Shown here: positions 39,787 through 48,942 of the stretch, in pieces | Numbering within the stretch: the stretch's first letter is position 1 | How the letters are laid out: each line of letters begins with the position of its first letter | Assembly: GCA_047629075.1 (NCBI GenBank) | Contig: JBLHWW010000001.1 | Location: forward strand, 2,261-66,260 | Origin: Psychromonas sp. | GTDB lineage: Bacteria > Pseudomonadota > Gammaproteobacteria > Enterobacterales > Psychromonadaceae | DNA length: 64,000 bases | Direction of reading: 5' to 3' | The notes under the pieces: generated by a model | What the model saw: only the letters and a program-made list of their open reading frames with translations | Databases searched by the model: none | Told to the model about the DNA's origin: nothing | Made by a program: the position numbers and the translations under genes

Positions 39787-40063
39787 TTTTTTTTACAGCA
39801 TTGCAACTGACTCTAGATGTATAGCAGGCTCCGATATTTAAAAGCGCCCTCACCATTTCTAGCTGGCTGCGTCGGATTTAAGCTAACTTTCCTATTTAAA
39901 TTCCGTGGCTTTGTCGTTAAGCACTCGTAAAGCCAGTTACAATATTGTTGGCCGTGTTCTGGCCTATTTCGGTTAGCTCCTTGCTATCACCGACTAGCAT
40001 CCCACCATTATCTCCATTGCCAGTTATGCCCGTTAACGTTAGGCTCCGCCATTTTTACCTATT

Positions 40064-40660
40064 TTAAACCGGTGACGCGTTATCTTGGTGTTCGTCATCA
40101 GCTACAATTTCACCGCTAACCAGATCATAACTATGAATCGTACCAATCTCGCCGAAATCCGGTGTAACACCATGAGTTTTACACCAGGTTGCTATTAAGT
40201 TATGCAAACCATTGGTTAGCTCGTCTTCGGCTTCGATTGATACATCCAAGTAGTCCTCTGCGCAATCACCCCCTATATCCTCTGCCTGACACTGCATATC
40301 CTCCAATATTACGTGAGCGTTGGGAAAAAATTTATGGTTTTCAACCGTTATTACCTGACAAATAAACACGGTTTGTTGATCATCGGCATTAGTGCGAGCG
40401 TCGGCCAATGCCGATTCTACCGAGTCAAACAAACCGTTATCAAATCGATAATTGTCCCAACTGTAACTAAAATTACATTTATTAATCAGTTTTACCATGT
40501 TAGCCTCTGGGTGGTATTTATTATGAACAGCCTGGATTTGTTCAAATAGTTTGTGACTGTCAGGGTAGTTGCCAGGTGAATTTCCTTTAGCCGGCCTAGC
40601 CTGTTCTATGATGCGTTGGTATTTTCTTAATTCATCAGTCTCTTTGCTCGATATGCTCAT
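40064..40660 (-). CDS. Hypothetical phage protein
   Basis: 198 aa, GAGG RBS, coupled to holin stop. Confidence 0.7.
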   Translation of the reverse strand: MSISSKETDELRKYQRIIEQARPAKGNSPGNYPDSHKLFEQIQAVHNKYHPEANMVKLINKCNFSYSWDNYRFDNGLFDSVESALADARTNADDQQTVFICQVITVENHKFFPNAHVILEDMQCQAEDIGGDCAEDYLDVSIEAEDELTNGLHNLIATWCKTHGVTPDFGEIGTIHSYDLVSGEIVADDEHQDNASPV

Positions 40661-41091
40661 TTTGATTTACCTCTTAATTTCTCAACTGTTCGCATTGCAC
40701 CCAATCCCAACAACATTCCAACTAATTCCATCAAGCCATCACCGGAAAATGGAAACTCTTGTATTTGATTTGCTGCCAAACTTTGCATTGCCCAAAGATA
40801 GGTAGCAACTGCGTATTTAACGGGAAAGAAGAAAAACAACCCCAAAGCTGAAACCCACAATAAAGCTGGTCGCCCACCAGCTACAAAAAACGACGCGTGC
40901 CGGGCTGACTCTATGTTTGCCATGGCTTGCATCAGTTCAGGTTTCAGTTTTATCTCTTCTAACTGATTATTTAACTGCTGGCGCTCTTCATCTGACGTAA
41001 ACAACCTGTCCCCAACTTTCCCCACCTGTTCAATGATGGTTCCTGCATCACCACCAATAAACTTTGTCAAAAAACTCATACACACCTCCAA
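40657..41091 (-). CDS. Holin (3TM / GTA-holin-like)
   Basis: DRLFTSDEER...FFVAGGRPALLWV...LLGLGAMRTVEK motif and hydrophobic segments. Confidence 0.8.
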   Translation of the reverse strand: MEVCMSFLTKFIGGDAGTIIEQVGKVGDRLFTSDEERQQLNNQLEEIKLKPELMQAMANIESARHASFFVAGGRPALLWVSALGLFFFFPVKYAVATYLWAMQSLAANQIQEFPFSGDGLMELVGMLLGLGAMRTVEKLRGKSK

Positions 41092-41226
41092 TTAATTAGA
41101 ATAAATATCAATACTGATACTGATACACCTGCTTTTATAATTATAATGCACTTACATTGTGCGCTTAAATGCAGTAAAAATCAAACCAAATCAATTATAT
41201 TCTGCTGCATTTAAGCTAACGCGCTG

Positions 41227-42588
41227 TTAATTTGAGAATTTACTTTTTATAATAGTAAGAGCTAAACTTTCTTTGGTTTTTGCGCTAATATCACACCAGT
41301 CGATTAAATGCTTTTCGTAGATGTATTCAAAAAGACTAATCCAATCAAGTTTTCCAAATCCTTTTTGGTTGTGATTTGCGCCTGCTATTTTTACAATATC
41401 GTCAAGCATTGATGCCTTTTCCATTTGTAATGCGTGAGACAAATGATTACCTTTATCAGACAGTGATGCTTCGGACCACCAAACTTTAGGGTTTTTTGTT
41501 ATAGCATGAATGTAACTGATTAATTGTTTGTAGTCCGTCCTGAAAATGTTAAATATTTCTTTTGCTTCATTGGAAAATTTAATGTAAAACTGGTCGGCAG
41601 CGTCGATACTACCCGCGTCTTTTGCCCGCACTATTTTTCCCCCATATGTAACATTTTTTGACAAAGATAAGTCATGAACATATTCAACTACGTCGACAAG
41701 TGTCCCTGTAAAGCGATAGGTAAAGTTTTTGAAATTAAACCGAACTTCGAAATTAAAACAACCAGGACACTGGATATCTATCAGATCAGCCGAAAATAAT
41801 TTTAATGCTGAGCGCATTGCGTCAAGCAGAAAAATACCTGGAACTGTGAACAAATCAAAAGCTTGAACAACGAGATCAATTTGACTTTTAGTACCAACAA
41901 AAGTATTAACAAATCCATTGAATCTCATTGTGCATTTAAATTTACCAGACCCGATGTAAATTCGACTAAGTACATCAAGCCCTGTATTTTCTGGCGAGTC
42001 AGTAGTATTTAGCGGGTGACCCTCACAGTGATTAACTGCCCTGTTAATCTCAGTTGTCTTTTCTTTATTTAATAGCTCATAATTAAATGCACCTGCTATC
42101 ACTTTTGTAGTTATGAATCCTGCGGCGGCTAAATCCCTTAAACTGCCCTGTTTGGTATTGAAATGCCTTTGCAACGCTCGCATTGTTTCCGGCGAAGCCT
42201 CAGTCACTGAATTAAATTCATCCACGCTCAACGGAATGTTGCTACCACCGCAAGCAAAACTATAGGAAGGTCCACCAGAACCACAGAATACACCAACACT
42301 ACCACCACCGCCGCCATGAAATATCGTGTCAGGTGGCTCACTGGTTACTTTTGCACCGTTTTTATCTTTATCGGTTGCAAATTTATTTAAATGCAACTTC
42401 CCAGAATCAAAACGTGCGCTATGCCAGTTTATAACGTCGCCTGAATCATGGTTGATAAAGTTAATATCAAATCCCCCACAAGTGGGTTTTACAACCAAAT
42501 CTATTTCACCATTTTTAATTACCAATGGGCCGTCATGCCCTGGCAATGAGATCACTTGAGTCTTTTTTGTTTCAACTTTCATCTTCAC
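41227..42588 (-). CDS. Large hypothetical protein
   Basis: 453 aa, no recognised domain. Confidence 0.7.
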   Translation of the reverse strand: MKMKVETKKTQVISLPGHDGPLVIKNGEIDLVVKPTCGGFDINFINHDSGDVINWHSARFDSGKLHLNKFATDKDKNGAKVTSEPPDTIFHGGGGGSVGVFCGSGGPSYSFACGGSNIPLSVDEFNSVTEASPETMRALQRHFNTKQGSLRDLAAAGFITTKVIAGAFNYELLNKEKTTEINRAVNHCEGHPLNTTDSPENTGLDVLSRIYIGSGKFKCTMRFNGFVNTFVGTKSQIDLVVQAFDLFTVPGIFLLDAMRSALKLFSADLIDIQCPGCFNFEVRFNFKNFTYRFTGTLVDVVEYVHDLSLSKNVTYGGKIVRAKDAGSIDAADQFYIKFSNEAKEIFNIFRTDYKQLISYIHAITKNPKVWWSEASLSDKGNHLSHALQMEKASMLDDIVKIAGANHNQKGFGKLDWISLFEYIYEKHLIDWCDISAKTKESLALTIIKSKFSN

Positions 42589-42610
42589 TCTCTTTATATT
42601 TTTTTACATT

Positions 42611-43231
42611 TTAATCAGCGGAATTATCTTTTGACTCTATTTTAGAATCTATTTTTCCTCTTTTTTTTGGCGTGTAGCATTCAACAAAATTAGGATCAGG
42701 TTGCGGCGGGGGATAGCTAACAAAATGAGATCCACCACCGAACGGCGTACTAGTATCAAAATCTTTATTTTGATCAACTTCAAAATCGTCGTTAACAAGC
42801 TCCCCTTTTTCAATATCATAAACCGAAACTTTACCACCGGTGTAAATATCCCGCTCAACTGCATACTGCACCGCATCACGTGCAGACTGACCAAAATCAA
42901 GGGCAGCCAAGGCAAAATGCTGACCAGTGCCGATCGCCCAACTTGATTCTAAAGAATATGTAAATAATTTAAAATCCTCACCGACTCCACAGGCAAAAGC
43001 CTCATGATTCCTAACAAAAAAGGCACCAACCTGTGTACTTTCGCAAAGACCCCCAGTAGTAAATGCATGAATAAACTCTTGCTCAGCGTCTAAATTACCG
43101 CATAAAAAAAGCAGATCATCACCAGCACGGACCATTTTTTGGCTATCTAAACGAACAATTACATCACCATTAGTTAGCTGTCCGTCAAAAGCAATTTGAC
43201 CAGCCTCTTTGTCATACACTATAGTTGTCAT
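42611..43231 (-). CDS. HslV/proteasome-beta-like Ntn protease
   Basis: N-terminal MTTI, IAFDGQLT, AIGTGQHFALAAL, A..RDIYTGG. Confidence 0.8.
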   Translation of the reverse strand: MTTIVYDKEAGQIAFDGQLTNGDVIVRLDSQKMVRAGDDLLFLCGNLDAEQEFIHAFTTGGLCESTQVGAFFVRNHEAFACGVGEDFKLFTYSLESSWAIGTGQHFALAALDFGQSARDAVQYAVERDIYTGGKVSVYDIEKGELVNDDFEVDQNKDFDTSTPFGGGSHFVSYPPPQPDPNFVECYTPKKRGKIDSKIESKDNSAD

Positions 43232-43289
43232 TATGTTTCCTCTTTTTTTGACCTTTAATTATACCATATTAATTAACTAATATAGCAAT

Positions 43290-43805
43290 TTATTTATCTA
43301 ATATAACACGATTTCCAGTTAATAACGCAAGTGAAAAATCACGGGCCTTATAGCAGTCCTCAGCTTCAAACCAGGCAAAATGACAATCAACTTCTTTGAT
43401 TTCCATCAGGACAGCGAGTCGTTTATAAGCCCTGCCTGCACCAATTAACTTACAAAGGGCCGTAAATGGAACTTTGCATTTTGCCCTAGTGGCTCTTAAT
43501 TTTGCTTTAGCCATTGTGCCAATGGGGATGTATGTCCATACATGACATCTTACGTGGCTGTCGCACGGTTCACAGCGGTAAATCCAAGGCCACTCGTTCG
43601 ACTGCCCCCCAAAAACAACAAATCGATCAACTAGATTGACTGGCCCGCCGCAATGCCTACAAAATTTAGGCACAGGCATTGGGTTTTGGTTTTTTATTTT
43701 ATTTTTCATTTTACGTTTACTTTTGATTTTTGACTTTCGATTTTTGAACTTCGTTATTTCATAACTCGCGGCTTTTTTAATGTAGTTTTTACCTGATTTT
43801 GACAT
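43290..43805 (-). CDS. DUF3268-like zinc-finger protein
   Basis: CRHCG...IYRCEPCDSHVRCH...PIGTMA...CHFAWF. Confidence 0.75.
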   Translation of the reverse strand: MSKSGKNYIKKAASYEITKFKNRKSKIKSKRKMKNKIKNQNPMPVPKFCRHCGGPVNLVDRFVVFGGQSNEWPWIYRCEPCDSHVRCHVWTYIPIGTMAKAKLRATRAKCKVPFTALCKLIGAGRAYKRLAVLMEIKEVDCHFAWFEAEDCYKARDFSLALLTGNRVILDK

Positions 43806-43872
43806 TGTGTTCTCGCTCTGTTAAATTTAGTTGCCCGGCATTAGATAGCCGGGATCGTGGTTGCTCGGTTTG
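43806..43872 (-). repeat. Cassette 3' box + hairpin joined to a leader for the next gene
   Basis: AACCGAGCAACCACGATCCCGGCTATCTAATGCCGGGCAACTAAATTTAACAGAGCGAGAACACA-ATG. Confidence 0.9.
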
Positions 43873-44481
43873 CTATGAAAATAGCTTCCTTAGTGAAGCC
43901 TGAACCACTCTATTGGATGCAACATAAGCCGCATAAGCAGCATAATTAGGATCAAAAGCATCAGCATTAGCATCATAAGCAGCATTAGCAGCATTAGCAG
44001 CATAATAAGCGGCATTATAAGCAGCATTAGCAGCATTAGCATCATAAGCAGCCTTAGCAGCGTAATAAGAAGCATAAGCCGCATTGGCCGCATTGGCAAA
44101 AGCAGCAGGATAAGCAGCGTTAAGAGCATTACTAGCAGCATAAGCAGCGTAATTAGCAGTATTACGGGCGTTCAATCTATTCTCCTCGCATGGTTTCCTT
44201 ATCCAGTCATTAGCCGATTGGATCGCAGCATTATCACTCGGATTATTGTTCAGATGCGACACGCTTTCCGCGCACTCAACGGCAAACTGTACAATCTTGA
44301 TTTTTGGGAGAGTTTTACCGGCAAACCATAAAAGATCAGCCGTGGTATTCTTTCCGCAGATTAAACTAAGTACATTAACAGCCTGATCAGTGTTGCCTGT
44401 TTGTTCGATAAACCGGCTAATTAGGCCCTTGTCTGCGCCAAGGTCTACTAATTGTTTTTTCGTAATTGTTGCCGTTGTCAT
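43873..44481 (-). CDS. Imm5-like Ala-rich cassette protein, copy 4
   Basis: Same core; ends VVQASLRKLFS. Confidence 0.9.
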   Translation of the reverse strand: MTTATITKKQLVDLGADKGLISRFIEQTGNTDQAVNVLSLICGKNTTADLLWFAGKTLPKIKIVQFAVECAESVSHLNNNPSDNAAIQSANDWIRKPCEENRLNARNTANYAAYAASNALNAAYPAAFANAANAAYASYYAAKAAYDANAANAAYNAAYYAANAANAAYDANADAFDPNYAAYAAYVASNRVVQASLRKLFS

Positions 44482-44587
44482 TTTCGATTTCGCTCTATTT
44501 TAGTGGTCGGTTGTGGCGTCTTGCCGACGAATTAATATTAACACATTAACAGTTGATTGCAACTTTTAAATCAAATTGGTTTGAATT
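44482..44587 (-). repeat. Cassette promoter + leader module
   Basis: AATTCAAACCAATTTGATTTAAAAGTTGCAA...TGTGTTAATATTAATTCGTCGGCAAGACGCCACAACC...AGAGCGAAATCGAAA-ATG. Confidence 0.9.
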
Positions 44588-44653
44588 AAGTAGCTAGTTA
44601 GGATTTTAGGGCAATAAAAAGGCCACCCGCAGGTAGCCAATTTAAGCATTGAT

Positions 44654-44929
44654 TTACAACCCCAATTCTAAATCATCAAAATATTTATCATCTTCACGCT
44701 GTTTTTTTAAACGCTGAAAATTATCAATTTTGTAATTTACTTCGATTAATTTATTTTCAAAAACAATTAGTTGTTTTATCAGCATTTCATGCATCAATCC
44801 TGCATCAATTATAATTACAGACTCACTATCTATCACTCTTAGCGAATCAACAGTCAGAATAAAGCGTTTTGCTATTGCAATGCTATTCTCTACCTCGTTT
44901 TTTTGCTCTAACAATTCATTCATTTTCAT
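44654..44929 (-). CDS. Hypothetical coiled-coil protein
   Basis: 91 aa ORF. Confidence 0.6.
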   Translation of the reverse strand: MKMNELLEQKNEVENSIAIAKRFILTVDSLRVIDSESVIIIDAGLMHEMLIKQLIVFENKLIEVNYKIDNFQRLKKQREDDKYFDDLELGL

Positions 44930-44962
44930 TTTTTACCTTTACCTTTACTGTTTTATTAGTTG

Positions 44963-45292
44963 TTACCAATCGATTCTCGCATTAGATTTTTTAGCCTGCG
45001 CCATTGCACTATACATCGACACCAAAAACGGCGCTAGATACGTTACAGCCGCCGCAACTTTATCAATAGACTCATTGCCAAAAATTGCACTATACTGATT
45101 AGCTATTGTTAATGCAGTGCCTATTACTATCGACACTCTGATCGCTGCCGGGGCAAATTTAATCATTCTTAATTTTTTCTGCTGAGTAGATATTGGTCTG
45201 TAATCAAGGGGTTTCCCGGATTTGATCTTATAGCTCTTGCAGGTTCGATTAAAGGATTTTGTATCCTGTGCTATTTTTTTTTGTGATTCCAT
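44963..45292 (-). CDS. NrtS-like small membrane protein
   Basis: AIRVSIVIGTALTIANQ...TYLAPFLVSMYS resembles the NrtS family signature. Confidence 0.65.
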   Translation of the reverse strand: MESQKKIAQDTKSFNRTCKSYKIKSGKPLDYRPISTQQKKLRMIKFAPAAIRVSIVIGTALTIANQYSAIFGNESIDKVAAAVTYLAPFLVSMYSAMAQAKKSNARIDW

Positions 45293-45294
45293 GA

Positions 45295-46122
45295 TTATTT
45301 TTTACCTGAGTTGTTTATTTTTTTGAATGAGTTTATTGCAGAGGTGAAATCGTCAACTCCGAGGTGTTTGCACGTTCTGATTATTACACTAATCATTGAC
45401 GGCTTGACACCGGATAGAATTGAAATCTGCTTGGTATTCATTAATCCCTCTTGATAAACAAACTTTATCGCTAGTAGACGTTTACGTCGGTCATCAATCA
45501 CGCCGGTTACGTCCTGACCCCGGCCAATGCTTACTTTACTGATCAGCCCGGAAACAAACTCATAACTTAGCCCGACGGCCTCAGAAATCTCCTTGATAGT
45601 CATTAATTTGCCTTGATAAATAAACTGCTTGCCTCTTTTTGTAAGCCGGTCATCAATCACGCCGGTTACGTCATTACCAGGTTCGATGTTCGATTTATTG
45701 ATCAGGATGCGAACGTGTGGATACCCCAGCCCGACGGCATTAGAAATATCATGAACAGACATTAATTTATTTTGATAAATGTACTGATCTACTTTATTTC
45801 GGTCATCAATAAGGCTAGTTATGTCATGGTCGGGGCGAATGCTTGCTTTGCGGATCAGCCGACAAACTAATTGGTAGCTCAACCCGACGGCATCAGAAAT
45901 ATCACGTATAGACATTAATTGATTTTGATAAATGTACTTTATCCCTGATCTCCCCCCCCCTTCACGCCGGTCATCAATTAGGCTGGTTACGTCGTGGCCG
46001 GATTTGATGCTGGATTTACGTATCAGCTGGACAACCAAATTATAGCTTCGCCCAATGGTCTCAGAAATATCACGCATAGACATTAATTTTCCGCTGTATA
46101 AATAAACTACAGATTTACTCAT
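45295..46122 (-). CDS. Protein of five tandem ~50-aa HTH-like modules
   Basis: Repeat Y.YQ.KLMS.RDIS.AVGLSY..V..LI.K..I.PG.DVT..IDDR. Confidence 0.85.
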   Translation of the reverse strand: MSKSVVYLYSGKLMSMRDISETIGRSYNLVVQLIRKSSIKSGHDVTSLIDDRREGGGRSGIKYIYQNQLMSIRDISDAVGLSYQLVCRLIRKASIRPDHDITSLIDDRNKVDQYIYQNKLMSVHDISNAVGLGYPHVRILINKSNIEPGNDVTGVIDDRLTKRGKQFIYQGKLMTIKEISEAVGLSYEFVSGLISKVSIGRGQDVTGVIDDRRKRLLAIKFVYQEGLMNTKQISILSGVKPSMISVIIRTCKHLGVDDFTSAINSFKKINNSGKK

Positions 46123-46802
46123 TACTGATCACCTTTTTTAACTTGAGTTCGTTTCATTTGACGCTGACCAAAACCCCTCAAAACCAATTCGGTAACGTCG
46201 CTGCCAGGTGGGTAATTGCCTGATTTTATTCTTTTAACAATTCCGTGATATCCAACGCAGGAATTTTCTGACAGCTCTTTTTGTCCCATTAACTTACCCA
46301 TAAGCAACCATTTACCGGCTTTTCTTGCTGGGTTTAAAGCTAACTCTGTAACGTCGCTGCCAGCCGGGTAATTGCCTGATTTGATTCTGCGCAAAACTGT
46401 GGAATAGAGAACCCAGGATTTTTCTGACAGTTCTTTTACGCCCATTAACTTACCTTGATAAATGTACTTTATCCCTGACCGCCCCCCCGTTTTACGCCGG
46501 TCATCAATTAGGCTGGTTACGTCGTGACCAGGTTCGATGCTCGCTTTATTGATCGGCCTGCGAACCAAATTATAGCTTCGCCCAATGGCCTCAGAAATAT
46601 CACGAGTAGACATTAATTTATTTTGATAAATGTACTTTACCCCTGATCTCCACCGGTCATTAATAAAGCAGGTTACGTCATGACCAGGTTGGATGTTCAC
46701 TTTATTGATCAGCAGACAAACTAATTGGTAGCTCAACCCGGCAGATTTAGAAATATCACGCATAGACATTAATTTACCATCGTATAAATAAAATTTACTC
46801 AT
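46122..46802 (-). CDS. Protein of four tandem HTH-like modules, paralogue of 45295..46122
   Basis: Same repeat; TAATG coupling. Confidence 0.85.
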   Translation of the reverse strand: MSKFYLYDGKLMSMRDISKSAGLSYQLVCLLINKVNIQPGHDVTCFINDRWRSGVKYIYQNKLMSTRDISEAIGRSYNLVRRPINKASIEPGHDVTSLIDDRRKTGGRSGIKYIYQGKLMGVKELSEKSWVLYSTVLRRIKSGNYPAGSDVTELALNPARKAGKWLLMGKLMGQKELSENSCVGYHGIVKRIKSGNYPPGSDVTELVLRGFGQRQMKRTQVKKGDQ

Positions 46803-47077
46803 TCTGAAACTCCCTCAATATTAAAGTTCGTAGAAATCCTTCCCAGTTCAACGCCAGCAGCAACCGCGCCCCCATCACCAACGTCACCATTGCGACACAG
46901 ATCAACTTTACTGAAATCATAAAAAGCCAACTCACAATCACCCATACAAAACGACCCGAGCCGTCCTGATGGACATGATTTCGCAATCTTTTCAAGCCTC
47001 ACTAACCAAGCCTTTTCCGCCGTCGTTAGTGGCTTGCAACTCAAATCTTCATCTGCTGTGTACGATGGCATTAGCAA
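46799..47077 (-). CDS. Hypothetical protein
   Basis: 92 aa, ATGA coupled to next gene. Confidence 0.65.
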   Translation of the reverse strand: MLMPSYTADEDLSCKPLTTAEKAWLVRLEKIAKSCPSGRLGSFCMGDCELAFYDFSKVDLCRNGDVGDGGAVAAGVELGRISTNFNIEGVSE

Positions 47078-47309
47078 CCCTTATTTATTATCTTAACGAG
47101 CCACTTATGCAGCTCAAAATCAGGATTCAATATTCACATAAATAAACTGATTAAGCAATGGTTATTTGCAATTTTATTATAAATTATGTTTTATGTTTTC
47201 TAACGAGCATAAAAAAGCCGCAAATAAAATATAAATGCGGCTAGCTGAATAATCAGCAATTGCCAGCTCGGCTGGCTACAGGTGGTAAATCACAACAAGT
47301 TAAGGCATA

Positions 47310-47855
47310 ATGTATAATATCACAATAAACTATCAGATAACAATGTCAATCGAAAAAAGAATGAGCGCAATTGAGGCCTCCCAAAACCAAACAAATGAAC
47401 TCGCAAGTAAAACTTTTGAAATGCTTGTAAAATCGACAAATGCAATGTCAAATGCAGTCGATAAATCAACGGAGGTTAATCATAAACTAGATAAGACGAT
47501 TCAAAAATTTAATCATCAATACGAAAGGACTGGTGAAAAAATGGACGCATTCAACGATTCGGTTGGAGAAATAAAAACCAATGTTGCACTGATAAAAGAC
47601 ATACAAAATAAACATGCCAAAGAGTTGTTTTTGTTATGCGAGGATAAAGCAAGCAGGGACGAAAGAAGAAAGGATCGAGAAAGCGACAGGAAGGAGGTTA
47701 AATTGGAAATAAACCATCTGCAAATATCACAAAGATCTTATGAAGATTTTAAAAATAAGTCGGAAAAAAAGAGCCTTGCTTCTTGGACCGCTATACTCAC
47801 TATTGCAGGTGGCCTAGTCGCCGCTTTATTCGGCGCTTTTATAAAAAAGCAATAA
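47310..47855 (+). CDS. Coiled-coil protein with C-terminal transmembrane helix
   Basis: Ends WTAILTIAGGLVAALFGAFIKKQ; could be lysis-related (inference). Confidence 0.65.
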   Translation: MYNITINYQITMSIEKRMSAIEASQNQTNELASKTFEMLVKSTNAMSNAVDKSTEVNHKLDKTIQKFNHQYERTGEKMDAFNDSVGEIKTNVALIKDIQNKHAKELFLLCEDKASRDERRKDRESDRKEVKLEINHLQISQRSYEDFKNKSEKKSLASWTAILTIAGGLVAALFGAFIKKQ

Positions 47856-48450
47856 CCTATCAAATGACGTTGAAAGAACTGATATCTCAATCAAAGTGTA
47901 ACAAATAGAGAAATACTCACGAACCCCTGACATCTGAAAATTTAATTCCTTGCTCTGCCAGCCAACATTGAAAACCACTGCTATAATACAAAATACACAT
48001 AACGTAATTATCCGAACGGAACTACCGCAGCAATACAGCATAAATAGCATAAATACAACTAGAGGGACCCTAGCTATAGAGTCTATAATGTAATAATCAT
48101 AATATTTAAATTCGTTGATTAAATAGTACTGACTAATAAACCCCACAAAAACACTTGCGACGACTGATAAAAACACATAAAAGTCGCCGCAATGAAGGAA
48201 TTTAGGCCGGTGGAGTGAGTACACCGGCATCACCTTCAGGCTCATTGTCTTTCTGCTTTTCAGCAGTAGAGGCAGTAGAGGCAGTAGAGATTTTCGTGAT
48301 ATTTGGTTTTTCAAGCATAATAAAATTCCTCGATTTTGATTTTTTACTCAGGGTCTTTTTGACACGCTAGACCAAATGTCTTACTAGTATAGAGCTAGTA
48401 AGGCTTTTTTAGGTTTAAAGTGTAAGGTTTACAAAGCCTCATGAACTATT

Positions 48451-48879
48451 TTATAATGTTACCTGCTCGCTGTCAAGGCCCCAGCCCACTAAAAGCTCAC
48501 CTCTGTATCTGCATTGCAACTTCTTAGGCGTCATTGAGTCAGCTCTAAAATTGCCATCAACAGTTTCAGGTCTGCCATTTTTCCAAACCTCGTAAGTCAC
48601 TCGTTTTAACAGCGTGTTTACAGATGCAACATGATCAATACTTACACCGTCTGCAATGACAGAAAAGGCACTACGATCTAATTTATCACCACTATAAAAA
48701 TCCATTTTTGCAATACGCATATTAAACCAATCGGCATCAAGCTCAAAGTCGTCTTTAGAAACTGCGTCGCTAACAGCGGTCGCAAGAAAATCTGGCAAAA
48801 GTTCAATATTTTGAAATAGCAGCTCTGCTAAGTCTTTGAAATTACCGAGTTTATCTATATTAATTTGTAACTTATCCAT
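48451..48879 (-). CDS. Hypothetical protein
   Basis: 142 aa, AGGA RBS. Confidence 0.65.
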   Translation of the reverse strand: MDKLQINIDKLGNFKDLAELLFQNIELLPDFLATAVSDAVSKDDFELDADWFNMRIAKMDFYSGDKLDRSAFSVIADGVSIDHVASVNTLLKRVTYEVWKNGRPETVDGNFRADSMTPKKLQCRYRGELLVGWGLDSEQVTL

Positions 48880-48942
48880 TTTTTAATCCTGGTTTTGTTT
48901 AAAAAACCGTTCTACATGACCGGCAGCATTTAGTAAGGCAGA

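Noticed and set aside
47826-48314. Hydrophobic minus-strand ORF with LLPLLPLL repeat
   Set aside because: TTG start, overlaps the convergent gene end and has no recognisable family; could be real but not supportable
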